Of a DNA stretch of 22,395 nt, positions 1-12,483 are shown piece after piece. Location: positions 124,001 through 146,395 of the forward strand of contig JADIIX010000054.1 in assembly GCA_027604505.1 (NCBI GenBank), given 5' to 3'. The stretch's first letter is position 1. The number at the start of each line of letters is the position of its first letter. Under the pieces are notes generated by a model. That model worked only from the letters and a program-made list of their open reading frames with translations. It had not been told where the DNA came from and searched no databases. The DNA comes from Gonapodya sp. JEL0774. Lineage: Eukaryota. A program made the position numbers and the translations under genes.

Positions 1-1774
1 GCTGAACTCGCATCTGCTCCACAGGTATGTGTCTGTGAACTCGCCAAAATCACCTAGGTGATAAGTCGCTCAGCCCTATTTGTTGCTTCCGTGCCATTCC
101 CTTTTCCAGCCGGTGCTAGGCTTCGAGGGGCCCGAGAAGCTCCTGGAGGTCTGGTTCAGGCCCAATGTCGACACTGCGGAGTGCCGGGAGCTCCACCACC
201 GGCACCGCTCGTGTGGGCTTCGCACTGTCGACCGTCCGGTCTGGGAAGACATGCTCAGCATCGTCAAGTGTCAGGTGCTTAGCCGCAAAGAGAATGATTA
301 TGTGGAGGAGTACGTTCTGAGGTGAGTTACTTGGCTTGTGTTCGCGTCCGTGCAGCTCTAGCGTGATCCATTCTTGACACCGATACCATTTTATTGAATG
401 CATCCCGACTTCAAATCTTCAGCGAATCTTCGATGTTTGTCTATTCCCACAAAATTATCCTCAAAACTTGCGGGACCACCACGCTTCTTCTCGCCCTTCC
501 GCGGATTCTCGAAATCGCCCACAAGATGTGCGGCTTGGAGTTAGTGGACTCAGTGTTCTACTCGCGCAAGGCTTTCATGTTCCCGGCTAAGCAAAAGTGG
601 CCGCATGGCAATTGGGGTGACGAGGTGAGTTTGGCGGTGGTTTGCATTTTGTTTGCACCTCGTTCTTGTTCGTCACCGGACTGCTGACCTCTTCCCCTTT
701 GTGTGTCGAATTGTTCGTTTGCCAGGTTTTGTACCTGGACACCATTTTCCGTCCCGAACATTTCCACACCTCTGGATACGTCGTTGGGAAAATCAATGGC
801 GAGCACTGGAACCTCTACACCGCGTCTCCCCGTCGGGACTCGGACGTTGTCGGATGGGACGACGAGGAACCGTGCACGGAGGCAGACGAGGAGATGGAGG
901 AGCTCTACAAGGACGATCTGACTCTCGAGGTGCTCATGAGTGAGCTCAACCCCGAGAAAATGAAGGCGTTTTGGAAGAAGGAGGGTGAGACGGACGAGGA
1001 AGGGGCGAGGAGGATTCACGTGAGTCTTGTTGTGTCCGTGCGCTGAACCTCCCTTCTGAAGTATTCGATGTTGAATCGTGATATTGTGAATACCTGTAGA
1101 ACGATAGTGGACTGGGGAGCATCTACCCGCACACCACAGTTGACGACCACTGTTTCGATCCTTGCGGATACTCTCTCAATGGCCTCATCGATCAGTACTA
1201 CTGGACCGTCCACGTCACCCCTGAAGACCACTGCTCGTACGCCTCATTCGAAACCAACATCCCGATCTCGGTAACCGCTTCTCCGACCGCATACCAGAGC
1301 TACGAAGAGGTTGTGCGCAAGGTGATCAGCGTTTTCGAACCGGGCAAAGTCACAGTGACGCTCTTCTCGCGCAAGCCCGACACCAAGGACCGGGAGAACT
1401 CGGACACCGAATCCCGGTCCGAGTCGGGAGTGTCTTCTTCCCTCGGTGCCGGCATTGCTCCCACTCTGTTCCAGTTCCCTGTGGTTGGGCCCGGAGCGAT
1501 CACTTCCTCCTCGTGGGGTCGCAAGTCCATTGACAACATTGTGTCTGCCGAGCACTCGCGGATGGTTCTGACTGGTTCTGCCGTGGACGGATATCTCATG
1601 AGGGATAGAGTCGTGTACGATTTGGGAGGGTGGGATCTCGTGTTCGCCCAGTTTACCAGGAAACGGCGTAGGGCGTTCAAGACTACTGCGGTTATCACGG
1701 CGGCGGACGCCTTGCCGTCGGACACTTCAGTCGGAGCTGGCAGGGCAGCGGAGTCTATTGGTATTGAGGCTTGA
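1..1774 (+). CDS. SPE2: S-adenosylmethionine decarboxylase proenzyme (5' partial)
   Basis: Exons <1-24, 110-321, 423-624, 726-1019, 1100-1774, all GT-AG and in frame. Motifs: FEGPEKLLEVWF, YVLSE|SSMFV (autocleavage/pyruvoyl Ser), LKTCGTT, DLTLEVLM, FDPCGYSLNG, HVTPEDHCSYASFETN. The start codon lies upstream of the window. Confidence 0.96.
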
Positions 1775-2091
1775 TGTTGATTTGCTTGACGTCGTAACGT
1801 GGGGAGGTATTTCAAAGATTTTGGGTGATGGACAGGATTATGTAGATTACCACTCGTCGTGTACAGGGTATTTGGGTTATGTCTGATAACATGCAAGTTG
1901 ATTTGGATTCCAAAGTTTTCTGTGACCACTTGACCAGCTTGTATGGCACTTGACACGGCAGAACTACTTCGGAACGGCTGAAACCTCTGATCAATGAAGG
2001 GAAATCGACAAGGTTTCGTCGACGAATGCCGCTCTCGCGTGTCGCCCTGAATAACATTCAGCTCAGTACTTCTTCCAATCGGCGACTCTCA

Positions 2092-3529
2092 ATGACTGAA
2101 ACAGTACCCGTAATGTCACAGGAAGAGGTTGGTCGATTGAAACAGATCGAACTAACTTGATCCATACTCTGACTCCATATCTCTATATCTTTGCGCGATA
2201 CCGGTTCTTCTTTTGGAACGCTGCGTATAGATCCTTCTCGAGCCATTCAATTATCTCATCCAACACGCTGGCAAAGAGCTTCGCTCTCGACTCATCGAGG
2301 CGTTCGACATCTGGCTCAAAGTTCCCACGGAAAAACTTACTATTGTCAAATCCGCAGTCGAAATGCTTCATACAGCGAGCTTACTGTGAGCGCTGACGTT
2401 TCAACTTCCTGGAAGCGCTTTTGGTCACTTCCGAATATGAACGATTTCGACATGAAATCAAACCAGCATTGACGACGTGCAAGACAATTCCGAGCTACGG
2501 AGAGGTGTCCCAGGTCCTTGAGAATTGCGTCTGATGATGTTAAAATGCGGACCCACGACTCAAAAGCTTCCAACCACAGTTGCACATAAAATCTTCGGCG
2601 TACCTTCTGCCATCAACAGCGGCAACTACGTATACTTTCTTGCACTTGAAAAGATCCTCAAGCTTCAATGTCCTCGGGCGGTTGAGATTTTCACCGAAGA
2701 GCTTTTGAACTTGCATCGCGGACAAGGAATGGACCTGTATTGGCGCGATACTGTGACATGCCCATCCGAGGAAGAGTACATGGAGATGGTGTCAAATAGT
2801 GAATGTTGGGCTTTTTGGCTTTTTCTGGTTGTAGTTTTGTCTCAACTTCGCCATCTACCACACCTTCCAGAAACTGGTGGACTGCTACGGCTGGCTGTTA
2901 AATTGATGCAGGCACTGAGCGAGTCCAAAGTGTGAGGAGCGCTCTGACCCCAATGCGCACCTAGTTTGGGAGTGACAGCGCAGGAATAATTCCATTCCCC
3001 TCCAGTGACTATGTGCCACTTGTCAACTTGATCGGTAAATTTTACCAAATTCGAGATGATTATCTCAATCTTCAGTCCAGTCAAGTGAGTGATCTTGATT
3101 CTGACCACATGCGAAATAATTGTTCGCTTATCTCCTTTCTCTCAGTATGCTGAGAACAAAGGTTTCGCCGAGGACCTAACCGAAGGAAAATTCTCCTTCC
3201 CTATCATACACTGCATCCGTACCGACACTCGAAATCGTCAAATGCTCAGTATGTAGTGTTTGACCTTTGAGCTATGTGCTCGACCGCTTCTCTTACTCCC
3301 AACTCGTCGCCCAGATATCCTCAAACAGCGCAGCGCTGACACGTCGGTCAAAAAATACGCCGTAGATGAACTCATGCAGCGGACAAAGTCTTTCCAGTAC
3401 ACCGTGAAATGCCTCAGGCGGTTCGAGGCTGACGCACGAGCGTTGATTGCGGTCTTGGGCGGGAATCTGGCGCTAGAGACGATCATCGATTATTTAGCAA
3501 AGGACTACGCAAACGCCCTAGACAAGTGA
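2092..3529 (+). CDS. BTS1: Geranylgeranyl diphosphate synthase (type III, fungal/animal type), about 304 aa
   Basis: Exons 2092-2127, 2231-2385, 2467-2513, 2580-2798, 2871-2931, 3006-3084, 3146-3248, 3315-3529. Motifs: [34 protein letters not shown] (FARM), [30 protein letters not shown] (SARM), [11 protein letters not shown]. Alternative in-frame ATG at 2113. Confidence 0.95.
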
Positions 3530-3624
3530 CGAATGTGTAATTTGGCGATATGCATCTATTCTCTCGTATTATTATTAGTAGTAGCACATGATTTAAGTGC
3601 ACGAAATGTCATGTCAGTGCATAT

Positions 3625-4970
3625 TCATATTGGTCTCACACTCGCCAGTTTTCGCAAGTATTCCATTACAAGGAACGTGACAATGGTATGTGGTCCAATC
3701 CGTAGCCAGTTCTGAGTGTTGCAGAGAAGAAGACCAGGTTAACACAGCTCCCTTCAGCGGGCGATCTGGAGAAGCCTCACGGGAACAAATCCCTGATAAA
3801 GTCCCAAAACTCCTTCATTGCGGACTGTTTTCATGAGGCAATCCCAAGTGTTTTTCTGTCAAAGGGGCATGTTCGCGTTAACATGCAATCCAACTTGTCC
3901 GCCGAGACTCACGTATTTTGACGGTGTTCCGTCAGAATTCCGTTGTTGACTGTCCAAATCGCAAAACATCAACGCTCATCGCGAACATAAAGACTGGGAA
4001 CGAAAAAGCACTCCCGAAAACTCTCACTTCATAAAACGTGACTTGACCAGACTGAGAGCGACAACGAGTGAGCACACCACGCTTTCCGTCCGCCAGTCTG
4101 ATGCTCACTCAATTGGAGATGTTGTCAAGGCGCAAGCCAAACCCGCCCACATCGAACACGCCAAATGTAGAGCCGTGCCTTCAAACCATCCTGCCCGAAC
4201 GAGAAATCCCTTGGAATGGTCATAAGAGGGAACTGAACAATTTAGAAGTGGAGAGGACAACCTTTTCTGAGAAAATATTTCGGTAACTCACGTTGGGTTC
4301 CTGTTAGCAACATTGCACGCTGGACGTTTGGTCCTGTGCCTTGGTATAACCCACGAATTCCGGCGGTACGAATGATCGTGGTGAATGCATCCCAAGTGCT
4401 TCTATAATACGGAGTCCCAGATGGATTATATGCTTGCATGCGCACTTTCACAAGGTCGAAAGGGTTGAATATCGCAGATCCGACAGCTCCTACATGGACG
4501 TTGCAAACGGTTTTCTCGCTGATTATGAAGTCATCAAAAATCTACCTATATACCTGAGAATCCTCCTGCTAGAATCTTTTTCCACAAAGCCTCCGGTTTT
4601 CCTGGAGACTGCACGAATCGCGTCCTCAAAACGTCGTAAAGACCCATCCGAACCGTGGAATAGGACCCCTCCCGCAGTAAAGACGCTGTGAGGCCCCGAT
4701 AGAGACCACGGATGCCTTCTTCTCGTAGAATCACGGGAACCGCTCGAATCATTCCCTTGTAACGCTTGGTTTGTTCCCCCTGCAATTGCAATCGCACTTT
4801 CAAAACGTCGACGGGATTTGTAGCTAGAGCAGCGGTCATGCATGCTGATCCACCAAACAAGAATCTTTCCCAGGGAAGTGCATCTCTACCAGGGTATCGC
4901 CGAATTTTCTTGTGAGTCCGAGAAGCGAAAGGACAACGATGCTTCGCCGGCTGTCTCATTACCGGTACAT
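3625..4970 (-). CDS. Mitochondrial carrier family (SLC25) protein, UCP/dicarboxylate-oxoglutarate-like clade, about 294 aa
   Basis: Exons 4970-4963, 4885-4554, 4489-4292, 4232-4109, 4051-4028, 3949-3913, 3855-3781, 3711-3625. Three carrier signatures: PVDVLKVRLQ, PFDLVKVRMQ, PIDLVKSRFM. LLREGSYSTVRMGLY, PNVQRAMLL and NWLRIGPHTIVTF are typical of the UCP/DIC/OGC group. Confidence 0.93.
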
Positions 4971-5181
4971 GACGCCGACAACAGTGTCCTGTGGAGGTCC
5001 CGGATCGTGTCTCGCTGTCATTGCAATTCAAGAAAGAGGCGAATTTTGCTGAAGGAGGTTATCGTCTCAGGCAAGGTACGATAAATTTTGCAAGGAGTGT
5101 TTTCAGAAGGGTTTGAGTGGCAAAGCAGAGGCGGAGAAGCCAACCCACACCACGGAACAATACCATAAACACACCGCTGGA
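4971..5181. promoter_or_regulatory. Putative bidirectional promoter between the carrier and tropomyosin genes
   Basis: Only 211 bp separate the two divergent start codons. Confidence 0.55.
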
Positions 5182-6289
5182 ATGGACAAAATCAGGAAGC
5201 GGATCGACGAACTTCGCATTGAGTGCGATGCAGCAAATGCGCGTGCGCAGAAGGCGGAGGACCAGGTCAAGAACCTTGATGCCGACCTGGGGAAGAAGGA
5301 CGTCGAAGTAAACGGGCTCAAGAACAAGATTGCCCTTCTGGAAACAGAAATCCAGCGCTCTGAGAGGCGAATTGAAGAGGTTCGATTCATGTGTTTGGTT
5401 GTCTATGTTAAAATGACTGCTCATTCTCGTCGCCTTTACTCGTTGTGGTGTGGTCTGATTGTTGGTGGGCGGTCCTTTGCTGCTAAAGATGAAGGGCCAG
5501 GTTCAGAGCACGGGACAAGGTCAACAAGAGGTCGATGCCCTGCATCGAAGAATCTCGCTTTTGGAGAATGAGGTTCAGGAAAAGGAGAATACGATTGCCA
5601 AGGTATATTGATTCCATTCAGACATTCCGGTCCACAGAAGAGACTGAGAGTCGGAGTATGACAATCCACATAATAGTTGAAGGCCCAGATTGATTCAAAG
5701 AGTGGGGAGCAAGCGCAGGTATGTTTGATCAGCTTCACCCAACGAATCCCATGGTTGATAGCATTCATACCCCTCCCAGATCGATGCGCTTCAGAGAAAA
5801 ATTGCTCTGCTTGAGAAAGACCTTGAGACGAAGGAGACTAGCTTGAGCAAAGTGGGTCTCGTGCAGGTCTTCCATTTCATTCGGCATCTGGAGAAGTTCC
5901 GTCAATTGTGTTCGACCCATTCAGCTTAAATCGACTGCTGCCGAGGTAGAAAAGGGCTCTTCACAAGCTGAGACCCTTCAACGTAAACTCGCCATGGTTG
6001 AGCAACAGCTTGAGGACAAGGAGAGGCTTGCGAAGGAGGCAACAGAAAAGTGAGTTGCCACTTTCACCACATTTCTGGGCACTTACTCCGTGCAGCTGGG
6101 TAAATGTTTTGTCGTTACTCGTCAAGGTTCCGATCTGAACAGCTCAAAGCCGAGCAGGCGGAACGGAGGGCCGGTATGCTGGAGAAGGAGCGAGACCAAC
6201 TGGATCGTACCGTTGCGGACCTTACCAAGAAGTATGAGTCTACCAAACTGGAGTTGGAACAGACTCTGAAGGACCTCGAAGGCTTGTAG
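5182..6289 (+). CDS. TPM1: Tropomyosin, long form (237 aa if all exons are included)
   Basis: Exons 5182-5379, 5489-5602, 5677-5718, 5780-5851, 5925-6049, 6127-6289. N-terminus MDKIRKRIDELRIECD, continuous heptads, repeated L(Q/H)R(K/R)I(A/S)LLE periods, C-terminus TKLELEQTLKDLEGL, as in fungal Tpm/Cdc8. Confidence 0.93.
5489..6038 (+). repeat. Three tandem 38-aa tropomyosin periods at protein level (exon 2; exons 3+4; start of exon 5)
   Basis: MKGQVQSTGQGQQEVDALHRRISLLENEVQEKENTIAK / LKAQIDSKSGEQAQIDALQRKIALLEKDLETKETSLSK / LKSTAAEVEKGSSQAETLQRKLAMVEQQLEDKERLAKE align without gaps. Confidence 0.9.
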
Positions 6290-6403
6290 AGAGCAGGAGA
6301 TAGACAAATTTTACCCCGTAGTGTACAACCCCCTTTCGTTTACTATTTCTACACCTTCCCGTTAAGTCGAAAATAAGACCCGTTTACGTCCACAGTACTG
6401 CAA

Positions 6404-8450
6404 TTAGTGCATCCAGCTCTTCTCCTCGGGTGGTGCTGGTTGAAGAAAAGAACCAGTCAGACGAATCGGAAAGCGATTGACGAAGTTACTCACCCCATTT
6501 CGTTGTACACTTTATCCTCTGCGTAAACAGCTCAATCGCCCCCTCTCCTGTGATATCCATTTCTCCAAACTTCGAACGGTTGATTCCACCGAATGAAAAT
6601 GGCTCACGCGGAACTGGGACGCCGACATTAACCCCCAGCATGCCGGCAGAGAGTCGTTTGGTGAAACTTTATGGGAATGATGTGTAAAAAGACGCGCGCA
6701 CACGATATCGCACTGAATGCTCACTACTCGGCAACGCCGCCACTTGAGGTGTAGATGCACGCCGCGTTCCCGTATGGGTTAGAATTTTCTATTCGAATAG
6801 CTTCATCCGCGCTGGAGCAGACGTAAACCGATAAAACAGGCCCAAAAATTTCTTCCGTGATCGCGGGATCTTTCAGATCAGGGTGCTAGAAAGTACATGT
6901 GTTAAGTTCCCAGTTATCGCAAACACATTTCCTCATCTCTCATCAAGAGAGCGACTTCTCACCAGTAGAATGGTAGGCCCGAGCCAAAATCCTTCACTCC
7001 TTTCTTTTGCCCATTTGCGGCCGTCGAGGAGGATCTTAACACCGTTGTTCTCCGCATTGTCTGGTGTACACAGCGGTACTTGTAATGTAATGATCAGCAA
7101 AGCAAGTATTTTGCAATCAACTCACCGATATATTTAACAATCCTATCTTGTGAGGCCTTGTCAATAACAGGACCGATCTCTCCTGGATTCGAGCCACCTT
7201 TGAGCGCAGAAGATCTCCAAGAATTGAATGAGGTCAAGCGATACTCCGCAATGAGTTTGAGCAACAATTCTCACTTCTCGATGATTTTTTCTATCAGCTT
7301 GGGCTGTTCCCCCAGGGTCAGAAGCACCGATGCGGCCATGCATCTCTGGCCCGTGCTACCAAATGCAGACCTCATAACATCGTCTGCTGTCATTTCCAAG
7401 TTTGCGTCTGGGTGGGCAATCAAATGATTCTTTCTGAAAGACGTAACAAGCATCAGTATGATCCATTCTTCGGCGCATGTTCCGCTGGACCTACAAGCGG
7501 TATACTCACGCACCACCAAGTGCAAGCACTCGCTTGTTGAGCAAGCGCGCACGGTGTGCAACCATCTCAGCAATCTTTGAAAACCAATCGGGGGTGTACA
7601 GTTGGCGTGGTTGGTGAACGTAACTGCTGCTAGGGTATGACACACCTTAGTTGTTCCAACAAACGTTACACATTGAACGTCCGGGTGATCAATAAGTGCA
7701 TTCACGGTGTCACTGGCTCCATTTACGACTGAGAAGACCCCGTCCGGAAGACCAGCTTCCTTCAAGATCTCGGCTATTTTAAGAGCAGTGAGTGGCACCT
7801 ACGGATTGGGTGATCATGATTCCATTCATTCGAGAAGTAAGAATAATATCAGTGCAGAGATCAGTCTCTTTCACCTTCTCGGAGCTTTTGAGTATGTATG
7901 TGTTTCCACACGCCAGCGCAATTGGGATCGTCCAATGAGGAACCATTGTCGGGAAATTGAAAGGCACAATGCCTAACACCACTCCAACTGGTCGTTTCTC
8001 GTCTCTCGCCACTACTCCACGCGACACCTCAAAAGTTTTTCCTTGCATCACCTCTGGGAGAGCGCAAGCGTATTCGACAGTCTCATTCGCCTTGGCAACC
8101 TCTTGAAGTGCCTCCAGACTGCACTTTCCATGCTCCTTGGTTATGATTTCAGCGAGCTCCTTGGAGTACCTGTGGGCGATCAAGTAGTGATATTTGAGGA
8201 GAATCTGAACACGATCCTTGACGGTTCTTGAACTCCATTTTTCGTATGCGGCTTTAGCTGATGCTACCGCAATATCAACATCAGCCTTGGTACTCAATGG
8301 TACGTGAGCGATGACCTCTCCAGTGTATGGTGTCGTCACGGGAATGTAAACGGCCGTTGAGGAGGCGCGAAGAGCGCCATCGACCCAATTCTGCAGGCGG
8401 GGAGCGCTGGCACCGTTCGAAAGTGCAGTCCCGTTTTCAGAAGCTGACAT
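6404..8450 (-). CDS. mmsA: CoA-acylating methylmalonate/malonate-semialdehyde dehydrogenase (ALDH6 family), about 501 aa
   Basis: Exons 8450-7875, 7798-7646, 7574-7510, 7433-7275, 7214-7126, 7060-6963, 6885-6725, 6666-6494, 6435-6404. Motifs: PFNFPTMVPHW, LKSSEKVP, LGGAKNH, FGSTGQRCMA (catalytic Cys), EEIFGPVL, NPYGNAACIYT, GVNVGVPVPREPFSFGG. Confidence 0.95.
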
Positions 8451-8723
8451 CGCTGATGGGATTGTAGGTGAATGGGGTAGAGGAAACCCAGTCGGAAGTA
8501 TTACTGTAGAAGTTGGTTCCGTCGATTCGCAACGGCATCTTCTCCACAATGTGACTGCCGATTACTGTGGGGTCATGAGTACAAACAAGTCGAATCTATA
8601 AGCCATAATTTGATCATTCTCTAACAACTCTCTAATGTGCTAATTAAATACAAGTGTGGCATAGTGTAGCAGTCAACACGTGGGAATGAGACAAATCCTG
8701 GTGTCGGAATCTGATCGACGCAA

Positions 8724-10654
<1,931 letters not shown>

Positions 10655-11043
10655 TCATGACGTCATCTAACCAGAAGTACCTTGCAGAATGCAGCATATG
10701 AGTGTGAAGTGAGCTGAGTACGTCCTCAATTGGTTTCTCTACCGTGAGGTATAGCAACTCTTTCATCCAATATGGAAACTTACAATCTTGTCGTTGTCGT
10801 TTCATGTCGGTGCTTTACTAGTGTAACCCCTACTCAAAGGAGCACTTGCATTACGGTCAGTATAGGTACTGGGCATCCCACAGCCTTCTGTACTCAACTA
10901 CATCTAAATGACAATGAATAAGGCACTAGATCCAAAAGGCGACCACTATAATCTACATTTCTTCCCCACTACAAATGCAATTGCAAAATCAATTGAATGT
11001 AATCTTTCCTCCAGCCCATCCACGAGCTCTCCCCAATCCATGT

Positions 11044-12247
11044 CTATGCCTCCTTGTACCCCGAACCAGCTTCAACGCCGCTCGACACGTCAAGCGCTTC
11101 AACCCGGGTACCTGATTTCCTGCTTTTGCGGGCTCCTTCGAGTACCTCGTCTCCAAACCCCTTAGCTTCTTTCGCTCGTCGACGGGACTCTTCATAGTAC
11201 ACAAGGGCTTCCCGTTCTTTGAGGTTCATGCTTTGTGCGACTCTGGCGGTAGGTGGCGGCACGATTATCAGATGAGCCAGGAGGAGCCACAGATTCCTTC
11301 CGGGACAAGAACCAAAAAAAATTGAATCCACATAATTATACTCACAATTCCCTCATCCTCGTGATGTGCCAAAAGGTCAAGCTCACTCCGGCGACCGCAA
11401 ACGCACCGAGGACCGCCCACAAGTGTCCCGCGTCGGCGGGCCTCGCCCTCCCAGCACCTGTAGCACCTCTATACGACTGGTAATAATCGTTTTCCTCGTG
11501 AAATTGTCCGTATGCCCCACCAGCTCGAGCGAACGGGTCATAACTATGCGTTCCGTACCCACTGGCATGTGGTCGTCGTCCCGCAGTGCCAGCAGCACCA
11601 GGGTAGTAGTTATGGGTGCTGGCACTATAGCCGTACCTAGAGGCGTTCGACATGTGGAGTGCGCGTTCCCGGTCGTAACGGGACCGCTTGTCGGGAGCGC
11701 CGACGAGCTCGTAGGCGCGACTGATGGCTACGAATCGGTCATGGGAGGTGGATGAGCGGGCGGTGTCAGGGTGATGTTCTTTGGCCAGGCGAAAAAAGGC
11801 TGGGAGGGAGGAGGTCCGAGGTGGGGTGTGGTCCGAGGCTCGTGATGACATGGTGCACATCTGACGCTCACCCTTTTTAATCTCCTCCTGCGATGCCGCT
11901 TCACCCACATTCAGGGTTTTATAGGGACAGAATTTAGGGTCGTAGCCGTTCCCGAACGTCGCATACTCCCTCCTCTGAACACACAATTCGGACACCGAAT
12001 TTCCCCTAGTCCCCATATCCAATGCTGTTCCACCCCAAACTCCAGGCCGGTGTACGCTCGCATACCCATCATGCAATCGTCTCACTTCTACTCCACGTTT
12101 CCGAGCTACGAGACACTGTGCATGTCGGCGACGGGATGTGCCATGGGGGTTGTCGGGATGGGGTGCGGCAGCCGGAGGAGAGAACGGCAAGACAGGAGAA
12201 AAGTCGACTTTGAATAAGGCCGAAAAAGGCCGCGAAGGGGATGTCAT
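11044..12247 (-). CDS. Class C J-domain protein with a C-terminal transmembrane helix, probably mitochondrial
   Basis: Exons 12247-11872, 11799-11346, 11242-11044. J-domain PYKTLNV..ASQEEIKKAFFRLAKEHHPD..FVAISRAYELVGAPDKRSRYD (HPD intact), then a Gly/Tyr-rich linker and TM LWAVLGAFAVAGVSLTFW. Arg/Ser-rich N-terminus ending RREYAT. The start codon is uncertain. Confidence 0.85.
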
Positions 12248-12483
12248 GAAGTAGATTCGGTTTTCGAACTGAAGTGCTTCTAAGTGTTGGGCCGATTCGA
12301 GTTTCAGAAAGGAGCTGCGGCCGATCCACCAGGTCCCACCTGTATTTGATCGATTTCTGTCTTCTTTACATCCCGGATCAGCTCAACAGTTTAGCTCTAC
12401 CCGTTTATCTTTATCTTTTAGTATGACTCTTCCACGCCCAGAACTAGACCCAAGCAAAGCACGTCACCCAAGGCTGGCCACAC

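Noticed and set aside
49..62. Perfect 14-bp palindromes in introns (ATCACCTAGGTGAT here; GGGTTGATCAACCC at 19162-19175)
   Set aside because: About one to two are expected by chance in 22 kb (22395/4^7), and the two share no sequence.
1300..1956. 218-aa minus-strand ORF and the many other short ORFs overlapping modelled genes
   Set aside because: These are antisense or alternative-frame shadows of real exons in about 50% GC DNA, with no motifs.
5113..5181. In-frame upstream extension of tropomyosin from a TTG
   Set aside because: Tropomyosin needs an acetylated Met-Asp N-terminus for head-to-tail overlap, and ATG 5182 gives the canonical MDK start.
2092..8450. Terpene biosynthetic gene cluster around GGPP synthase
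   Set aside because: No terpene cyclase, P450 or prenyltransferase is present, and the neighbours are housekeeping genes.
11044..11331. Apparent standalone 95-aa ORF
   Set aside because: Its 3' part is the last exon of the J-protein gene (acceptor at 11243) and its 5' part is intron.
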